Both the position numbers and the translations under genes were made by a program. The notes beneath the pieces are model-generated. The model did no database searches, was not told the DNA's origin, and saw only the letters and a list, made by a program, of their open reading frames with translations. Positions 9,706-19,899 of a DNA stretch of 64,000 bases are shown piece by piece. The DNA comes from an uncultured Acidobacteriota bacterium (GTDB lineage Bacteria > Acidobacteriota > Thermoanaerobaculia > UBA5066 > Gp7-AA6): contig CAWDEF010000001.1 in assembly GCA_963801275.1 (NCBI GenBank), positions 281,816-345,815 of the forward strand, written 5' to 3'. Position 1 is the stretch's first letter. Every line of letters starts with the position of its first letter.

Positions 9706-11715
9706 TTACGGGTAACCGAAAAGATCGCTCCCGATTTGCTCGCCCCGTGCGCGGCGGGCCAGCACTTCCCGGCGTGCCTCGGCCAGGCGGCCGAGGTCCC
9801 GAGTCGCATCGGCCACGCGCAGCGGGGGCAGCCCGGACTGCTGCGTCCCGAGGAGGTCTCCGGGTCCCCGCGCCTCCAGGTCCTTTTCCGCAATCAGGAA
9901 TCCGTCGTTTGTTCGCTCGAGCACGGCCATCCGGGCTCGCGCCTCCGGAGTCGCACGCGATCCCGCGATCAACGCACACCAGGACTTGCGGCTCGAGCGG
10001 CCGACCCGGCCGCGGAGCTGATGGAGTTGTGCGAGGCCAAAGCTCTCGGCGTTCTCGACGATCATGAGGGTGGCCTCGGGAACGTCCACGCCCACCTCCA
10101 CCACGGTCGTGGCGACGAGGATGCCCACCCGACCCACCGCGAAGTCCGCCAGAACGGCCGAGCGCTGCTCCGGCCGCATCCGACCGTGCAGCGTCGCCAC
10201 GGCCACTCCGGGGGCGCTTCCGCAGATTCGTTGCGCGGTCTCGCGCGTGGCGGCGACTTCGCGGTCGCCTTCCTCGATGGCGGGCACGACGACGTAGACC
10301 CTCTCGCCGGCCCGGACGCGCTCGGCCGCGAACCGGTAGATCCGTTCCCGCGCCTCCTGCCCGCGCACACGGGTTGTGACCGGGGACCGGCCGGGCGGCA
10401 TCTCGTCGAGAACGGAAACGTCGAGTTCGCCGTAGATCGCCCAGGCGAGCGAACGGGGAATCGGGGTCGCGGTCATGACGAGGACGTGAGGACTCTCCCC
10501 TTTCGCAAACAGCCGCGACCTGTGCACGACGCCAAAGCGGTGCTGCTCGTCCACGACGACCAGGCCCAGCCGTTGAAAGCGCACGGGCGACTCGACCAGC
10601 GCGTGCGTCCCCACGAGCACGTCGATCTCTCCTTTCTGGAGGGCCGCCAGCAGGGCCTGGCGGGGGCGGCCGCGGACCCTTCCCGTCAGCAGGGAGAGCC
10701 GCACGCCGGCCGGAGTCAGCCATGCGGCGAGGCTCGCGGCGTGCTGCTCCGCGAGGATCTCCGTAGGAGCCATCAGAGCCGCCTGGACGCCGCAGCGCGC
10801 GGCCAGAAGCATCGTGAGACCGGCGACGACCGTCTTCCCGCTCCCGACATCTCCCTGAAGGAGGCGGGCCATCGCACGCCCGGAGGCGAGATCCTCGGCG
10901 ATCTCGCGCACGGCGCGCCTCTGCGCGGCGGTCAGGCGGAAGGGAAGGGCCTCGCGGGCCAGCCTGCGAAGACCCTCGTCGGCGCGGAGGCGCAGCCCCG
11001 GCCGCTGACGCAGCCGCTCCCTCTTGTCCTCGATCCGTGCCGCCAGGACGGCGAGCTCCTCCCGGGCGAGCGTGGCCCGGGCGCGTTCGGCGTCCTCGAG
11101 CTCCCGGGGGAAGTGTACGGCCCGCAACGCCTCGACGATCGTCTCGGGAGGGGCCGACGCGCATCGGGCGGGGGGCACGAGGTCCTCGAGCGTGCGCTGG
11201 AGGAGCGCCCGCCAGGCCCGCGGCGAGAGGTCGACGATCCGCCGGCAGACTCCGACGATCCGCCCGGAGTGGAGCGGATCGGCCTCCTCGCCGGGATCGA
11301 AGAACTCCGTCTCCGGGTTTTCGAGGCGCAGCTCTCCTCGGGCCGTCCGTACGGGAGCGCCATAGAGCACGGCCGAGCGCCCCGACCGGGCGGCCGTCAG
11401 GAAGCTCGGGTACCGGTTGTGCCAGACGACCCGAATCGCCTCGCTGCCGTCGTCGGCGAGCGCTTCGATGCGAAGGCCGCCCCGACGCATCCGGCTCCCG
11501 TGGGCCCCGGCGATGCGCACGAGGAGCATCGCCGCCTCCCCCGGCACGAGCTCCTCGATCCGGGCGAACCTTCGCCGGTCCTCATACCGGAACGGAACGT
11601 GAAGCAAGACGTCCGCGACGGTCGCGAAGCCGGCCGCGGCGATCTTTGCGGAGCGCGTGATGCCGATCCCCGGCAGACGGGAGACCGGGTCGCGCAGGGC
11701 GATCCGCCGGGACAA
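9706..11715 (-). CDS. recG: ATP-dependent DNA helicase RecG
   Basis: Wedge domain at the N-terminus. Helicase motifs: LQGDVGSGKT (Walker A), VVDEQHRFGV (DEQH box), motif VI QLHQLRGRVGR. Length 669 aa. Confidence 0.9.
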   Translation of the reverse strand: MSRRIALRDPVSRLPGIGITRSAKIAAAGFATVADVLLHVPFRYEDRRRFARIEELVPGEAAMLLVRIAGAHGSRMRRGGLRIEALADDGSEAIRVVWHNRYPSFLTAARSGRSAVLYGAPVRTARGELRLENPETEFFDPGEEADPLHSGRIVGVCRRIVDLSPRAWRALLQRTLEDLVPPARCASAPPETIVEALRAVHFPRELEDAERARATLAREELAVLAARIEDKRERLRQRPGLRLRADEGLRRLAREALPFRLTAAQRRAVREIAEDLASGRAMARLLQGDVGSGKTVVAGLTMLLAARCGVQAALMAPTEILAEQHAASLAAWLTPAGVRLSLLTGRVRGRPRQALLAALQKGEIDVLVGTHALVESPVRFQRLGLVVVDEQHRFGVVHRSRLFAKGESPHVLVMTATPIPRSLAWAIYGELDVSVLDEMPPGRSPVTTRVRGQEARERIYRFAAERVRAGERVYVVVPAIEEGDREVAATRETAQRICGSAPGVAVATLHGRMRPEQRSAVLADFAVGRVGILVATTVVEVGVDVPEATLMIVENAESFGLAQLHQLRGRVGRSSRKSWCALIAGSRATPEARARMAVLERTNDGFLIAEKDLEARGPGDLLGTQQSGLPPLRVADATRDLGRLAEARREVLARRARGEQIGSDLFGYP

Positions 11716-11730
11716 CGCCGACGCGGACGC

Positions 11731-12522
11731 CTATGCCTCCGCGGCCTGGAAGGTGAGGACGACGAGGCCGAACTTGAGGCTGTCGCCGTTCTGCAGAGGA
11801 ACGGGCGTGCCCGTGGCGACGCGATTCTCGTTGACGAAGGTTCCGTTCATCACGCCGATCTCTTCCATGACGTAGAAGTGGCCGCCCATCTGGTAGAGCT
11901 TGGCGTGACGGCGCGAGGTCGAGCGCTGCGTGTCGAGCGGCGTCAGGTCGATGTCGGGGGTGATCCCCGTGACGGGGTCGCTCCGTCCGACGAGCGTGTC
12001 CCCCTCGCGGTTGAGGAAGAACTCCATCGGGGGATCCGTAGCGACGAGCCGGCACAGGTCGCGTTCGCGCTGCGGAGGCGCGCGCCGCGGGGCGGGCTTC
12101 TCCTGCTCCTCGACCTGACGGCCGGCGGCCTCTTCGAGCATGGACGTGACGTCCCGGAGCCGGCGCGAAAGCTTGCGCAGCATGCGCACCGCGATCTCGG
12201 TGTTCCCCTTGAGCATCGAGTCGAACGTGGCGCCGTTGATTCGGACGAGCTCGACGTCGGTCTTCGCCCGGGCGGAGGCCGTGCGAGGCAGGTCCTCGAG
12301 CACACTCATCTCGCCGAAGAAGTCGCCCTTCTCGAGCGTCGCCAGAACGCGGGTCTCCTTGCCGATGGTCTTGATCAGCTCCACCGTTCCCGTTTGAACG
12401 ATGTACATCTCGTTTCCGATCTCGCCCTCGGAGAAGATGATGTCTCCCATCGGGTGGCTGACCAGATAGCGCTCGAACGGGGTCTTTCCGCCACCCGTTC
12501 CGGACTTGAAGACGGCTTTCAC
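11731..12522 (-). CDS. cyclic nucleotide-binding domain plus FHA domain protein
   Basis: The N-terminal half has cNMP-binding (CAP-effector) motifs (GDIIFSEGEIGNEMYIVQTGTVELIK ... GDFFGEMSVL ... RTASARA). The C-terminal half is FHA-like (TLVGRSD ... STSRRHAKL ... NGTFVNENRV). GTG start overlaps the ldcA stop (GTGA). Confidence 0.75.
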   Translation of the reverse strand: MKAVFKSGTGGGKTPFERYLVSHPMGDIIFSEGEIGNEMYIVQTGTVELIKTIGKETRVLATLEKGDFFGEMSVLEDLPRTASARAKTDVELVRINGATFDSMLKGNTEIAVRMLRKLSRRLRDVTSMLEEAAGRQVEEQEKPAPRRAPPQRERDLCRLVATDPPMEFFLNREGDTLVGRSDPVTGITPDIDLTPLDTQRSTSRRHAKLYQMGGHFYVMEEIGVMNGTFVNENRVATGTPVPLQNGDSLKFGLVVLTFQAAEA

Positions 12523-13436
12523 GGGTCACGCACGGCGGGGCCGAGGAAGCGGAGGCGGCCAGCGCCGGCCAGCTCCAGCCGGACGGGGACTCCCAGCGGC
12601 AGGGTCCGCGGGCGGGCCAGATGGCCCGCGGGAAACCCCATCGCAACGGGATACGGGGCGCCGCGAAATCGTGTGCGCAGATACTCCCGCACCGTCCTGG
12701 GTGCCTCCGATCGATCCCGCGACACCACCGAGCCGATCAACATTGCCTGAAGGCGGTCGAATGTACCCGACCGTTCCAGCTGGGTCAACATTCGGTCCAG
12801 GCGGTAGATCTCCTCTCCGATGTCCTCCCAGAAGAGCACGCGCCCTTGCGCCCGGACTGCCTCGGGGGTGCCGCAAAGCGACGCGAGGAGCGACAGGCAA
12901 CCACCAACCAGCGGCCCTTCCCCCGTGCCCTCACGGAGGATGTCCCTCTCATCGAAGTCGTGAGGGGCGGGAGAGCGGCCGCTCACCACGGCCTCCCAGT
13001 CGAGGCCATCCTGCTCGGAGATCTCGACGGCAACCATCGGCCCGTAGAACGCGACGAGACCGCGGGAAGCGAGGAGGGCGAAGAGAGCCGTCAGGTCCGA
13101 GCCCCCGAGGTGCACCTTCGGGTGGGCGATGATCTCCTCGCCGTCGAGGGCACCCAGGACGCGGGCCGCCCCAGAGCCTCCGCGCGCGAAGAAGATGGCG
13201 TCCACATCGGGGTTGCGGAGAAGTCCGCGATAGCCCTCGGCCCGCTCGGCGTCGGTGCCGGCAAAGAGACCGTCCGCCGCCCGGCGCACGTTCGGGGCTT
13301 CGACCACGCGATACCCGCGCGCCCGCAGCCGCGCAATCCCGGAATCCACACGCGCCGGATCGACCGGACCCGAGATCGCCGCCACGCCGATGGTGCCCCC
13401 GGGCCTGAGTCGAGGCGGCCGGATGATCTCGGGCAT
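12519..13436 (-). CDS. LD-carboxypeptidase (peptidase S66; LdcA/MccF family)
   Basis: GTIGVAAISGPV ... AIFFARGGSGAARVL ... typical S66 architecture with the Ser-nucleophile region and a C-terminal His/Glu region. Confidence 0.75.
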   Translation of the reverse strand: MPEIIRPPRLRPGGTIGVAAISGPVDPARVDSGIARLRARGYRVVEAPNVRRAADGLFAGTDAERAEGYRGLLRNPDVDAIFFARGGSGAARVLGALDGEEIIAHPKVHLGGSDLTALFALLASRGLVAFYGPMVAVEISEQDGLDWEAVVSGRSPAPHDFDERDILREGTGEGPLVGGCLSLLASLCGTPEAVRAQGRVLFWEDIGEEIYRLDRMLTQLERSGTFDRLQAMLIGSVVSRDRSEAPRTVREYLRTRFRGAPYPVAMGFPAGHLARPRTLPLGVPVRLELAGAGRLRFLGPAVRDP

Positions 13437-13542
13437 CGCGCCACAATCTTAAGCCGTCAGATCGTGACCTCGGCGATCGAGAGTCGCGGGGGCCTCGTCG
13501 CGGAATCGCCCGGCACCGCTCGTGCGCGACGTCCGCTTGCGC

Positions 13543-13936
<394 letters not shown>

Positions 13937-13969
13937 ACATTGTAGCAGCGACGGCTCGGGGCACGCGCT

Positions 13970-14584
13970 TCAGGGCTCGGCCGCCCGCTCGCTGCGCAGG
14001 GCGCGCCGCGGGTGCTGCAGCTGAAAAAAGAGGACGCGGATCGCGTGCCAGACGGCGCGACGATGGGTCATGAGCAGAACGGCGAGCGCCGCCAGCAGGA
14101 TGGCGGCAAACCAGGGAACGAAAAACGAGACGGTGGCCAGGACGACGGCCACCACGTCCTCGGCGAGCGAAACGGCGAACTGCGCGAAGCCGCGCGTCGC
14201 CGCCGTGGAAGTCAGCCGTGTCGTCGATTTCACGAGTTGAGCGGCCAGGGTCGCGGCTGCGCCGCCGAGGGCGAGAGCGGCCAGCTCCTCGACCCGCGAG
14301 GCGTTCGAGGCGGAAAGCGCCAGCAAGGCCCCCACGATCGGCCGCAACGCCGTCTGGCCGAGGTCCCAGAGGTGGTCGACGATGGGGATCTTGTCCAGGA
14401 TGAATTCCGCGAGGAAGAGCACGAGCGCGATCTGCAGAAGCGCAGGGCTCGAGAGGAAGACGGCGCTGGGACCGGGAAACTCCGGGGGGAGGAGCCGGAT
14501 GAGCCCGTTGAACACGAGCAACACGGCCCAGGCGTTCCATCCGGCCGCGGCCGCGAGACCGAGGCCGGTCAGGATCGACGTCAA
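13970..14584 (-). CDS. DUF4126 family membrane protein
   Basis: GLGLAAAAGWNAWAVLL N-terminus and a multi-TM profile typical of DUF4126; a 4-nt overlap with the upstream gene. Confidence 0.65.
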   Translation of the reverse strand: MTSILTGLGLAAAAGWNAWAVLLVFNGLIRLLPPEFPGPSAVFLSSPALLQIALVLFLAEFILDKIPIVDHLWDLGQTALRPIVGALLALSASNASRVEELAALALGGAAATLAAQLVKSTTRLTSTAATRGFAQFAVSLAEDVVAVVLATVSFFVPWFAAILLAALAVLLMTHRRAVWHAIRVLFFQLQHPRRALRSERAAEP

Positions 14585-16224
14585 TTGCGGGGCTTGAAAA
14601 GCCGGGAAAAGAGGGTCGGCCGGTCGTCCCCGTCGGGCGAAATCGCCGCCTCCGGCAACGTTTCTCCAGGCTCGGCGCGAGGACCCGGCGGCTCGGCGGT
14701 CGTTTGGGCAGGGGCCTGGGCAGATACGCTTCCCGCCATCGCCGCCAGCACCGCGTCGAGCAACAGCCGGTTTTCCGGCGACGCATCCAGGTCGAAGGCC
14801 CTCCGAGCGAACGGCTCCGCTTCGGCGCTACGCCCGCGTTCGTGGAGCGCCGCGGCCGCATCCCGCACGTACTGGGTCCGGCGCGGCTCGAGACGCGCGG
14901 CCTCCTTGAGGTTCTCCAGACCGCGGGCCACCCACATCGAGTTCTTCAGCTCGACCTGCGCCAGCGCGTAGCGGTATTCCGCGTGGTCCGGAACGAATCG
15001 AATCGCCTCGCGCAGCATCTCGACGGCCGGGTGGTAGTCCTTCTGTTCGATCAGCGCTCTGGCCCGGCGGTAGTTTTGAGCCGCCAGGTTCTTGCGCGCC
15101 TGGGGATTAGACGCGGTCTCCGCCGCGGGCGTCACCGGCACGGCGGGCGCCGCCTGCGTCGCGTCGTAGTGGACCCGCAACGCCTGATCCGAGAGCGTCT
15201 CGTGCGCCTCCTTGAGCCGCTCGAAGACTGTCGTCAGCTCCTTCTCGCAGTGAGCGAGGTCCTCGCGATGTCGCAGATCCGGGTGGAAGAGGCGGCTACG
15301 CTCGAAATAGGCCTGGTGGATCTCCTCGGCAGGGGCCTCGGGACGCACGCCGAGAAGCTCGTAGTGGGAGAGCCAGTCGATGCGGCGATACGTATTGCGC
15401 ACCAGCTCCGCGTGACCGGGGGTGCGCTCGGAAGACTGCGCCGCAACCTCGACGTTCAAGGCCTCGAGCCCGCTCGCCGTTTGCGGCACCGCCCCCTCCT
15501 TGCGCCATTCCACGATTCCGCACGAGAGCAGCGCGTAGAGAATCTTGGCTGTCGCGGAGCGGGAGGTGCCGCCGATCTTGAGCAGCGAATCGAGGTCGAG
15601 CCTGCCGTCGATGCGTGAGAGGATGTAGGCCTCCTGCGGGGTCAGCGGCAGGTACTGATAGCGCGACATCGGATCGGTCGAGAGAACGGGGACCTGCCGC
15701 CCGTCGCCCAGGAGCTCCCGAAACAGGTCGGACTCCGGCAGCCGCCGGATCCCCTCCACGATCACAGCGGCCGTCGAAAGCGTCAGCGCCACGTCGGGAT
15801 CGAGCACGCCGGTCGACGACTGGAAGCGGTACTCGCCGTCTCCCCATTCGAAGGTCGAAAAGACGATTTCCTCCACGAGCCGGCGCATTTCGGCGTCCAG
15901 CACCTGGCGCGAAACGAGTCCCTTCTCCAGAAGGATCTTCCCCAGCCGCGCGCGGCCCTGCTTGGCTACGGTCTCGAGGGCCCAGGACAGATCCTGGTCG
16001 GTGATCCAGCCGCGTCGCTTCAGAAAGGCGCCGATGCGCTGACCCTCGCGCGAGGACGTCGCCGTTCGCAGCTCCCCCTTTTCGAAGAAGAGGTGCCGGG
16101 TCTCGTCCCCCCGCACGAGTGTGAGAGTCCCCTTGAGACCCTCCAGAAAGATCCGCCGCAAGACCTGGGGAAGCGGGGTCTCGCTCAAGACTCCTCGGAA
16201 TGCGGCGCGCGGCGTGCTGCTCAT
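14581..16224 (-). CDS. DUF4388 domain, J-domain (DnaJ) and TPR repeat protein
   Basis: Start ATG at 16224 inside the longer ORF 14581-16749. N-terminal DUF4388 signature (TPLPQVLRRIFLEGLKGTLTLVRGDETRHLFFEKGELRTA). J-domain with HPD (HYELLGV ... RLFHPDL). C-terminal TPR-like helices. Confidence 0.75.
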   Translation of the reverse strand: MSSTPRAAFRGVLSETPLPQVLRRIFLEGLKGTLTLVRGDETRHLFFEKGELRTATSSREGQRIGAFLKRRGWITDQDLSWALETVAKQGRARLGKILLEKGLVSRQVLDAEMRRLVEEIVFSTFEWGDGEYRFQSSTGVLDPDVALTLSTAAVIVEGIRRLPESDLFRELLGDGRQVPVLSTDPMSRYQYLPLTPQEAYILSRIDGRLDLDSLLKIGGTSRSATAKILYALLSCGIVEWRKEGAVPQTASGLEALNVEVAAQSSERTPGHAELVRNTYRRIDWLSHYELLGVRPEAPAEEIHQAYFERSRLFHPDLRHREDLAHCEKELTTVFERLKEAHETLSDQALRVHYDATQAAPAVPVTPAAETASNPQARKNLAAQNYRRARALIEQKDYHPAVEMLREAIRFVPDHAEYRYALAQVELKNSMWVARGLENLKEAARLEPRRTQYVRDAAAALHERGRSAEAEPFARRAFDLDASPENRLLLDAVLAAMAGSVSAQAPAQTTAEPPGPRAEPGETLPEAAISPDGDDRPTLFSRLFKPRN

Positions 16225-16264
16225 GACGGATCCGAAACGGGAACGCGGCTTAGGGTAGCAGACT

Positions 16265-18001
16265 TCATCGCACCGAGACGACGGCCGGATGGTTGCGCGG
16301 CGTGACGAAGTAAGGAGGAATTCCTGCCTTGGCCTTGCGGGCCGCTTCGAGCGAAGGATAACGGCCCCAGAAGACCCGGTAGCAGTCGCGTCCCTCGTGG
16401 GTTGTTGCAAGCAGCCACATCGCCTGGGACCGATCGTGGCGAAACGCCTCTTCCAGCGAGGCGCCCTCGCAGACGAGCTCGAGTTGAATCGCGTATCGCG
16501 TGCGTCGATCGCTCTCGAGCCGGCGGCGGTCCTTCGCGGCCCGGGCCGCCCAGCCCCCCTCCGGCTCGGCACGCTCTGATGCCCTGGCCGAGGCGGGTTT
16601 CGGGGCCGTCGCAGCGCGCTTCTGCACCGGCTCCGCACCCTTCGTCGGCGCTGGGTGCGCCGGGGGCTGGGCAGCGGGTCGTGCGGGCTCTGCAGTCGGA
16701 AGCACCACGGCCGGAACGCCCGTGACCGGAGCCGAGGTCGCGCGCTCACGAGCCGATTCCATCCGAGCAGCCGTCACTGGCGGAGGGAACGTCACGGCGA
16801 GGGCCGACGTCGGTCGTGGCGCCGGGGCGGCGGAGCCTCCAGGCGTATTCCGGCCTCGCAGAAGGAGGACGGCTGCGACTCCCACGAGCAGGATTGCAAG
16901 CGCCCAGAGGAGCGGCGGGCCCGCGCGTCGTCCCGAGCGATCGGACGCGGGCTCCTCCTGGCCGGGTTCCTCCGCCGGAGCGGGAGCCCCCCAGAGGTCT
17001 CCAGAGCCGGGCCGGGGCGTTTCGGGGCCCCACCCGGGCTCCGCCGCCGAGGCCTCGAAGCGATCCAGCGGCGAGGGCTCGGGCGAGGGCAGATCGACCA
17101 TCGCGCCGCCCGTCCCCGGCTCGACCGTCTCTTCAGGCGCCCCGATGTCGAAGACTTTCGGTTCCGACTCCCGGGGGAGCGGCTCGGTGGGATCGACCGC
17201 GAGGTCCCCGGATTCCTGTGTCGAGGACGGTCCCTCGATCGGATGCGCAGGCTCCGGCGGCTCCCAGGCGGGCTCGAGCTCCGCCTGGCGGCCCGGGACG
17301 ACGGGCACGGGATGGACGAGCCCAAGCGTGACGAGCGCGGCCAGAAGCTTCCGGACGGCGAACTCCTCGGCGGGGGCCCTCTCGGCGATCTGCGCCGCGG
17401 TGGATCGTCCGTCGATCAAGCGCACGACGGATTCCGCGTCGGCGGTCAGGCCGAACGTGGAGAATTCGGCGTCGAAGTGCTCGCCCCGGACGAGGGGTTG
17501 CTCCGCCGCTCCGATCTGGTGGTCGACGAGGCTTCGATCCCGCGAGCGAAGAAAGAGCTCGAGCAGTAGCCTCGGGATGGGAACGCGGAAATCACCCGCC
17601 TTGGAGCGGGCTTCGGCGTCGAAGCGGTAACGGCCGTCCTCCCAGGAGAGCAGGTCGGACAGCACCTCGATCGCCCGAATCTTTTCGCCCCACTTCCACT
17701 CGCGCCGCGTCAGCAGGCCCGTCTGGAGGGCCGCGAGCGCGGCATCGCCACCCGCCGTCGCCAGCCGCTCGACGGCCTCGCCGGAAATCTTCCCCGCCCG
17801 AACGAGAATGGCGGAGGTCTCGAAGCGCGGGTCGGAGGAGATGACCGACACGATCTCACCTCCCTCGAGGTCGAACCCGCACTCCGACGCTCCCCGCGAG
17901 AACCGGACCGTTCCGCTGGTCGCCTCCCGCCAGCAGGTCACCAGGGCCGCCAGTGGATCGACCCCACGGATTTCCCCCTCGGCCTCGAACACGTTCTTCA
18001 T
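16265..18001 (-). CDS. DUF4388 domain protein with Pro-rich linker, TM segment and C-terminal SPOR-like domain
   Basis: N-terminal DUF4388-like region; Pro/Glu-rich linker; TM (LLWALAILLVGVAAVLLL); C-terminal YAIQLELVCEGASLEEAFRH ... YRVFWGRYPSLEAARKA, typical of SPOR domains. Start overlaps the uvrC stop (ATGA). Confidence 0.7.
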   Translation of the reverse strand: MKNVFEAEGEIRGVDPLAALVTCWREATSGTVRFSRGASECGFDLEGGEIVSVISSDPRFETSAILVRAGKISGEAVERLATAGGDAALAALQTGLLTRREWKWGEKIRAIEVLSDLLSWEDGRYRFDAEARSKAGDFRVPIPRLLLELFLRSRDRSLVDHQIGAAEQPLVRGEHFDAEFSTFGLTADAESVVRLIDGRSTAAQIAERAPAEEFAVRKLLAALVTLGLVHPVPVVPGRQAELEPAWEPPEPAHPIEGPSSTQESGDLAVDPTEPLPRESEPKVFDIGAPEETVEPGTGGAMVDLPSPEPSPLDRFEASAAEPGWGPETPRPGSGDLWGAPAPAEEPGQEEPASDRSGRRAGPPLLWALAILLVGVAAVLLLRGRNTPGGSAAPAPRPTSALAVTFPPPVTAARMESARERATSAPVTGVPAVVLPTAEPARPAAQPPAHPAPTKGAEPVQKRAATAPKPASARASERAEPEGGWAARAAKDRRRLESDRRTRYAIQLELVCEGASLEEAFRHDRSQAMWLLATTHEGRDCYRVFWGRYPSLEAARKAKAGIPPYFVTPRNHPAVVSVR

Positions 18002-19809
18002 GCGGACCGCGCCCTCCCCTGTTCCAGATATGCGAGGACCGCGCGTGCCGCGGCCGGCCCGACGGCTTCCTCGATGGATCTCGGGTCCGCAGCGGCCAGA
18101 CCCGACAGTGAACCGAAACGCGACAGCAGCCGGCGCGCCCGCTTCGGGCCGATGCCCCGGATTTCCGTGAGCGTGGATTCCCGCATCCTGCGCGAGCGCC
18201 GGCCCCGGTGCCGCGTTACGGCGAAGCGGTGCGCTTCGTCTCGCAGCCGCTGCACCAGCTGCAGCGCGGGGTCCTTTCGGCCGAGGCGGATCGGCTCGGG
18301 GCGATCGGCGACCCAGATCTCCTCCTCCCGCTTGGCCAGCCCGGCGGCGGGAATCGTGAGGCCCAGTCGGTCGAGCGCCGTCAGGGTTGCTTGAAGCTGA
18401 CCCCGCCCGCCGTCGACGAGGATCAGGTCGGGCATGGCCCTGCCCTCCTCCCTCAGCCGGCGGTACCTCCGGCCAACCGCTTCTCCCATGCTGCGGAAGT
18501 CATCCGGAGCGAGAAGGCTCTGGGAGGCGATGCCGAAGAGGCGGTAGTCAGACTTTCGGGGCCTGCCGTCCTCGAAAACGACGAGCGACGCCACGCTGTC
18601 GGTGCCCTGGAGGTGCGAGATGTCGAACCCTTCGATGCGGCGAGGAGGCGATGGGAGGTCGAGGACCCGGGCCAGCCGCTGCAGCGCGAGCCCTTCCGCG
18701 CCTCCCTCCCGACGGAATCGCGTGCGATGCCGCTGCTGCGCATTGGTCCCGGCCAGGGCCACCCGTTCGGCGGAGGCCCCGCGGCGGGGAACACGAACCC
18801 TCACGCGAGCCCCGCGTCGTGCAGCCAGGAATTCTTCGAGCAGCTCGGGCCGCGAGATCGCCACCGGCAGGTGGATCTCTCCCGGAAGGAAGGGGTTGGC
18901 GTCATAGAACTGGGGAAGAAACGCTTCGAGGAAGGCGGAAGGCTCCACCTCCTCGGACCTCTCGAAGAAGTACTCGCGCCGATCCTGGACGACGCCGCCA
19001 CGGACCACCAGAACGCAGACCGAAACGTCGTTCGATGCCTCGAAGAAGCCGAACACATCGACGTTCTCGCCTTTCAGGGATTGGACGAGCTGGTGCTCGC
19101 CGACGTCGGCCACCGTCCGGAGCGCGTCCCGGTAGGCGCCGGCCATCTCGAAGTTCTCCTCCTTCGAGGCGCGGAGCATCTTCTCTTGGAGCCGTGCCGA
19201 AAGCTCGCGATTACGGCCCTGAAGAAAAAGCAGGACGTCGGCGACGGCCTCGTCGTAGGCCTCCTTGGTCGTCAGGCCAGCCACGCACGGCCCGAGGCAG
19301 GCGTGCAGGTCGTAATAGAGGCACGGTCGCGGCAACCGGCCGTCGATCTCGATCGTGCAGGTCCGGATCAGGAAGTGCCGGGTGAGCATTCGCAGGATCC
19401 GTCGCGCAAGCCCCCCCCAGAACGGCCCGAAGTAGGAGTGCCCGTCGTCCTCGACCCGCCGGGTGATCAGGGCCCGCGGCCATGCCTCCCCCGTCGTGAT
19501 CTTGATGTAGGGATAGGTCTTGTCGTCCCGGAGGCAGACGTTGTACCGGGGCCGATTCTTCTTGATGAGGGTGTTTTCGAGGAGAAGGGCCTCCAGCTCC
19601 GTGTTCGTGACGATTGTTTCCAGCTCCCGGTACCCCGCGAGCAGGGCGGCAACCTTGGCACTGTCCGGGCCCCGGAGGAAATAGGAAGCCACCCTCTTCT
19701 TGAGGGAGCGGGCCTTTCCGACGTACAGGGGCTTACCCCGGGGACCACGAAAAATGTAGACGCCGGGAGCGTCGGGCAGCCCCTCGGGAGGACGGCGATC
19801 TTCCGACAC
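17998..19809 (-). CDS. uvrC: excinuclease ABC subunit C
   Basis: GIY-YIG N-terminus (PGVYIFRGPRGKPLYVGKARSLKKRVASYF), UVR domain, C-terminal RNase H-like and HhH domains (IRGIGPKRARRLLSRFGS). Confidence 0.9.
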   Translation of the reverse strand: MSEDRRPPEGLPDAPGVYIFRGPRGKPLYVGKARSLKKRVASYFLRGPDSAKVAALLAGYRELETIVTNTELEALLLENTLIKKNRPRYNVCLRDDKTYPYIKITTGEAWPRALITRRVEDDGHSYFGPFWGGLARRILRMLTRHFLIRTCTIEIDGRLPRPCLYYDLHACLGPCVAGLTTKEAYDEAVADVLLFLQGRNRELSARLQEKMLRASKEENFEMAGAYRDALRTVADVGEHQLVQSLKGENVDVFGFFEASNDVSVCVLVVRGGVVQDRREYFFERSEEVEPSAFLEAFLPQFYDANPFLPGEIHLPVAISRPELLEEFLAARRGARVRVRVPRRGASAERVALAGTNAQQRHRTRFRREGGAEGLALQRLARVLDLPSPPRRIEGFDISHLQGTDSVASLVVFEDGRPRKSDYRLFGIASQSLLAPDDFRSMGEAVGRRYRRLREEGRAMPDLILVDGGRGQLQATLTALDRLGLTIPAAGLAKREEEIWVADRPEPIRLGRKDPALQLVQRLRDEAHRFAVTRHRGRRSRRMRESTLTEIRGIGPKRARRLLSRFGSLSGLAAADPRSIEEAVGPAAARAVLAYLEQGRARSA

Positions 19810-19899
19810 GTTGCGCAGTGTAGCCGGGAACTCGCGCGCTGTCAGCTGCCGGAACCGGCCTCGCGTCTCAAGTTATGATTCTCCGGACCGACGACCATC

